The position numbers and the translations under genes were made by a program. 64,000 nt of DNA from the human T2T-CHM13v2.0 reference genome, Homo sapiens: the NCBI RefSeq assembly GCF_009914755.1, contig NC_060934.1; one strand, written 5' to 3'. Under the pieces are notes generated by a model. The model was not told the origin of the DNA and made no database searches. It saw only the letters and a list, made by a program, of their open reading frames with translations. The stretch's first letter is position 1; every line of letters begins with the position of its first letter. Below are positions 59,218 through 64,000 of this stretch, in pieces.

Positions 59218-60229
59218 TAGAAATCAAAGAGCTATTTAAATGTTATATAATATGTTTTTACTATTAATAATTCGTAGCAGCTATGCTTTAAAAATAAAAT
59301 TATGCCATATTCTAAATTATCATATTAGGTGTCAAAACCAAAAGGATGCCATGAAAAAACAGATAAAATTTAAACATCTGAAAAGACATTTCTAGGCCAA
59401 ATATTTAACTTTATTAAACTAACGGTAAATTAGTTTTCAAATATATTGTAAATGCATTTTGTGGTATTTTCTACAATTATGTAATGTGTGTGTCCCAGTT
59501 CATTATACCAAATAGAGTAAATAGAAATAGAAATGCAAGGATAAAGGAAAATTTGTTTCCTCTTGTATTTTATTATTCTCTTTGCCATTGTTAGAGAGCT
59601 TACAAATTCAAACTACAGACAATAAAGTCAAATACATTAGAAGTGAACTTTTATTAACCACTTAAGAAATTAAGATATATGATTGAGGAAAAATACTAAA
59701 TTTCAATAATGTTGGTTGCTTGATATTTCTTCCTTACTAGGTGAGGAAGCAGAAATCATACAGGAGATTTGCTGTTTGATCAGTTAGAGAAGGAGTAGTC
59801 TTACACAGGTGTCAAATATAAGATCAGGGCTGTCATATATGTTCAGTTTAGGAATAGTTTTCCTTTAGGTATCATGCCAAATAGGAATAGAACATTGGTA
59901 CAAAAAAACTAAAAATAGTAAATTGTCATGTTGAAGAACTGAGTAGTCTGACCAAGTGTGAGAATTTTGCAGCATCCTAATCACACACTGTTAGAACCAC
60001 ATTGAAAAAACGCTGGAGCTTCTTAGATGGCTTGAGGATGTTGCAGCAGTTTCTGGTTTTGCTTCCTTGTGTTTCTTCAGGTGTTTTGTCTCTAATTCTG
60101 CTCTAGAGAGCAATGGTTTTTGCATGAACTTCAATATATGATCTAGGATACAACAAGGTTTTCTTGTTTAATGCGTAGAAACTTTGGTGCTCATTTGGTA
60201 GGTTAGACTCTTACCCATTCTTTAAAACA

Positions 60230-63200
60230 TTTAAAAAAATTTTTATTTTTGTGGGTACATAGTAGGTGTATATATTTATGGGGTACATGAGATATTTTGG
60301 TACAGGCATACAATGTGTAATAATCATATCATGGAAAATTTGGTATCCTCCTTAAGCACTTATCCTTTGTGTTGCAAATAATCCAGTTATACTTTTTTAG
60401 TTATTCTTAAATGTACAATTAAATCACTATTGACTATTGTCCCCCTGTTGTGCTATCAAATACTAAGTCTTATTCATTCTTTCCAACTACATTTTTTGTA
60501 CCCATTAACCATCCCCACCTCCTTCTCACACTCCAAGCCTCTGGTAACCATCCTTCTATTCTCTATCTCCATGAGTTCAATTGTTTTGATTTTTAACCCC
60601 CACGAATAAGTGAAAACATGCAATGTTTGTCTTTCTATGCCTGGCCTATTTCATTTAACATAATGACTTCCAGTTCCATCTATGTTGTTGCAAATGACAC
60701 AATCTCCTTTTTTATGACTAAATAGTACTCCATCGTGTATGAGTATTACGTTTTCTTTTTCCAGTCATACGCTGATGGACACAGAGGTTGCTTCCAAATC
60801 TTGGCTACTGAAAACAGACCTGCAACTAACATGGGAGTGCAGATGTCTCTTTGATATTCTGATTTCCTATTTTTGGGATATATACATATCAATAGGATTG
60901 CTGGATTGTATGGTAGCTCTATTTTTAGTTTTTTGAGCAACCCTCAAACTATTTTCCATAGTGGTTTTACTAATTCACATTCTCACCAACAGTGTATGAG
61001 GGTTCCCTTTTCTCCACATCATCCCCAGCATGTGTTATTGCCTGGCTCTTGAATAAAAGTCATTTTAACTGGGGCAAGATGATATTTCATTGTAGTTTTG
61101 ATTTGCATTTCTCAGATGATCAGTGATGTTGAGGGCCTTTTTATATGCCTATTTGCCATTTGTATGTCTTGTTTTGAGAAATGTCTATTTGAATCTTTTA
61201 CCCATTTTTAAATTGGATTATTAGATTTTTTTTCCTGTGGAGTTGTTTGAGCTCCTTATATATTCTGATTGTTAATCCCTCATCAGATGGGTAGTTTGGA
61301 AATATTTTTTCTCATTTTGTGGGTTGTCTCTTCACTTTGTAGATTGTTTTCTTTGCTGTGCAGAAGCTTTTTAACTTGGTGTTATCCCATGGGTCCATTT
61401 ATTTTTTGGTTACCTATACTTGTGGAGTATTACTCAAGAAATTTTTGCACAGACCAATATGCTAGAGAGTTTCTCCAATGTTTTCTTGGAGTAGTGTCAT
61501 CATTTGAGGTCGTAGATTTAAGTCTTTAATCCATTTTGATATGATTTTTGTGTAAGGTGAGAGAGGGTTCAAGATTCATTCATCTGCATATAGCTATCCA
61601 GTTTCCCAGCAACATTTATTGAAGAGACTGTCTTTTCCCCCACTGTATGTTCTTGGCACCTTTCTTGAAAATGAGTTCATCGTAGGTGTGTGGAATTTTT
61701 TCTGGGTTCTCTTCTGTTCCATTGGTCTATGTGTCGGCTTTTTTGCAACTACCATGCTGTTTTGTTTACTGTAGCTCTGTAGTATAATTTAAAGTCAAAT
61801 AATATAATTTCTTCAGTTTTATTTCTTTTGCTCAGGATAGCTTTGGCTATTCTGGGGCTTTTGCGATTTCATATAAATGTTAGGATTTGTTTTATATTTC
61901 TGTGAAGAATATCATTGATATTTTGACAGGGATTACACTGAATCTGTACATTGCTTTGGGTACTATGGACATTTTAACAATATTGACTCCTCCATCTATG
62001 AACATGGAATATCTCTCCATTTCAATTTCTTTCATCAGTGTTTTATAGTTATCCTTGTAGAGATCTTTCACTTCTTTGGTTAATACGTAGGTGTTTAATT
62101 TGTGGCTATTGTAAATGGGATTACTTGTTTGATTTCTTTTTCAGATTATTCACTGTTGGTATATAGAAATGTTACTGATTTTTGTATTTTGATTTGTATC
62201 CTGTAACTTTACTGAATTTATCAGTTCTAAGAGTTTTTTTTTTTTTTGGCCAGTCTTTAGATTTTTCCAAATATAAGATCATACCATACCATCTGCAAAC
62301 AAGGATAATTTGACTTGTTCCTTTCCAATTTGGATGCCCTTTATTTCTTTCTCTTATCTGATTGCTCTAGTGAGAACTTCCAGTACTATGCTGAACAACA
62401 GTCATGACAGTGGGCATTCTTACCATGTTCCAGATCTTAGAGAAAAGGCTTTCAGTTTTTTCCCATTCAGAGTGAAACTGGCTGTGGGTTTATCATATGT
62501 GGCTTTTATTATCATTGAGGTATGTTTCTTCTGTAGCCAGTTTTTAGAGGATTTTTATCATGAAGGGATGTTGAACTTTATCAAATGCCTTTTCAGCGTC
62601 AATTGAAATGATCACATGGTTTTTGTCTTTCAGTCTGTTAATATGATGTATCACATTGATTGATTTGCATATTGTGAATCCCACTTGGTCATGATGAATG
62701 ATCCTTTTAATGTATTGGTGAATGTGTTTTGTTAGAGTTTTGTTGAGAATTCTTGCATCAATAGTCACCAGAAATAGTGGCATATAGGCCTTTCTTTTGA
62801 AGAGCTTTTGTCTAGATTTGATATCAGGGTAATGCTGGTCTTGTAGAATGAGTTTGGAAGTATTCCCTCCTCTAGTATTTTTGGGATGGTTTTAATAGGG
62901 TTGGTATTATTTCTTTAAATGTTTGGTAAAATTCAGCAGTGAAGCCACTGGGTCCTGGGCTTTCCTTACTGGGAGACTTTTTATTATGGCTTTGATCTCG
63001 TTACTTTTTGTTGGTCAGTTCAGGTTTTGGATTTTTTCATGTTTCAATTTTGGTAGGTTATATGGGTCTAGAAATTTATTTCTTTTAGATTTTTCAATTC
63101 ATTGATGTATAGTTGCTCATAGTAGCCACTAATGATTCTTTGAATTTCTGTGGTATCAGTTGTAATATCTCCTTTTTCATATCTGATTTTTATTTATTTC

Positions 63201-63917
63201 AGTCTTTCTCTTCTTTTCATAGTCTGACTAAAGGTTTGTCAATTTTATTTATCTTTTCAAAACACCAACTTTTTGTTTCATTGATCTTTTGTATTGTTTT
63301 CTTCATCAGAAATTCATTTATGTCTGCTCTGATCTTTATTATTTCTTCTACTAATTTTGGGTTTGGTTTGCTGTTACTTTTCTAGTTTTTTTGTTGCTTC
63401 ATTAGGTTATTTATGTGAAATTTTTCTTCTTTTTTGATGCAGGCACTTGTAGCTATGAAGTTTCCTCTTAGTACTGTTTTTGCTGTATCCCATAGGTTTT
63501 GGTATATTGTGTTTTCATTATTATTTCTTTCATGAATTTTTTCAGTTCCCTTCTTAATTTCTTCATTGACTGATTGGTCATTCAGGAGCATATTTTTTAA
63601 TTTCCATGTGTTTGCATAGTTTCCAAAATTCCTTTTGTTATTGATTTGTGGTTTTATTTCATTGTTGTCAGGGAAGATGCTTGATATTATTTCAGTTTTA
63701 TTTGAATGTTTTAAGACTTGTTTTGTGACCTAACATATGGTATATCCTTGAAAATGATTCATGCACTGCAGAGAAAAATATGTATTCTGCAACCGTTGGA
63801 TGAAATGTTCTATAAATATCTGTTAGTTCCATTTGTTCTGTAGTACAGATTAAGTTTGATGTTTCTTTGTTGATTTTCTATCTCAGAGATCTTTCCAATG
63901 CTAAAAGTAGGGTGTTT
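60230..63917 (-). mobile_element. L1MA1-3-like LINE-1 (3' UTR and ORF2), probably continuing past the window
   Basis: tttgtgggtacatagtaggtgtatatatttatggggtacatgaga 3' end; ORF2 remnants. Confidence 0.8.
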
Positions 63918-64000
63918 GGCCAGGGGCAGTGGCTCACGCCTGTAATCCTAGCACTTTGGGAGGTTGAAGCAGGCAGATTGCCTGAGCTCAGGAGTTCAAA
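63918..64000 (+). mobile_element. Alu 5' end, cut by window edge
   Basis: ggccaggggcagtggctcacgcctgtaatcc. Confidence 0.88.

Overview
Hominid (most likely human, recalled as 10p11.22) intronic DNA. Eight short + strand coding exons (21, 33, 167, 62, 57, 76, 31 and 90 nt) with GT-AG borders join into one 179-codon open frame that I recognise as the middle of CCDC7. Most of the rest is transposable elements: two near full-length antisense L1PA elements, several older L1M/L1PA pieces, about 19 Alu/FLAM copies, two SVAs, L2, MIR, MER5, Tigger, MER58 and MLT1. There is also a full-length processed C1D copy (probably C1DP1) whose frame is open but whose ATG has become ACG. The least ordinary signal is in the 26-kb intron 32649-58596, which holds three separate 3' transductions (about 485 bp on one SVA, about 12 bp on the other SVA, about 53 bp on a short L1PA) plus the retrocopy, each bounded by readable target-site duplications (TSDs). 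Read on the CCDC7 sense strand, the long SVA transduction forms a complete candidate alternative last exon (strong acceptor, RRKKKPI-stop, AATAAA). No prokaryotic-type system or CRISPR array is present. Almost all other entries in the ORF track are repeat-derived. Subfamily names are by eye and need RepeatMasker/Dfam confirmation.
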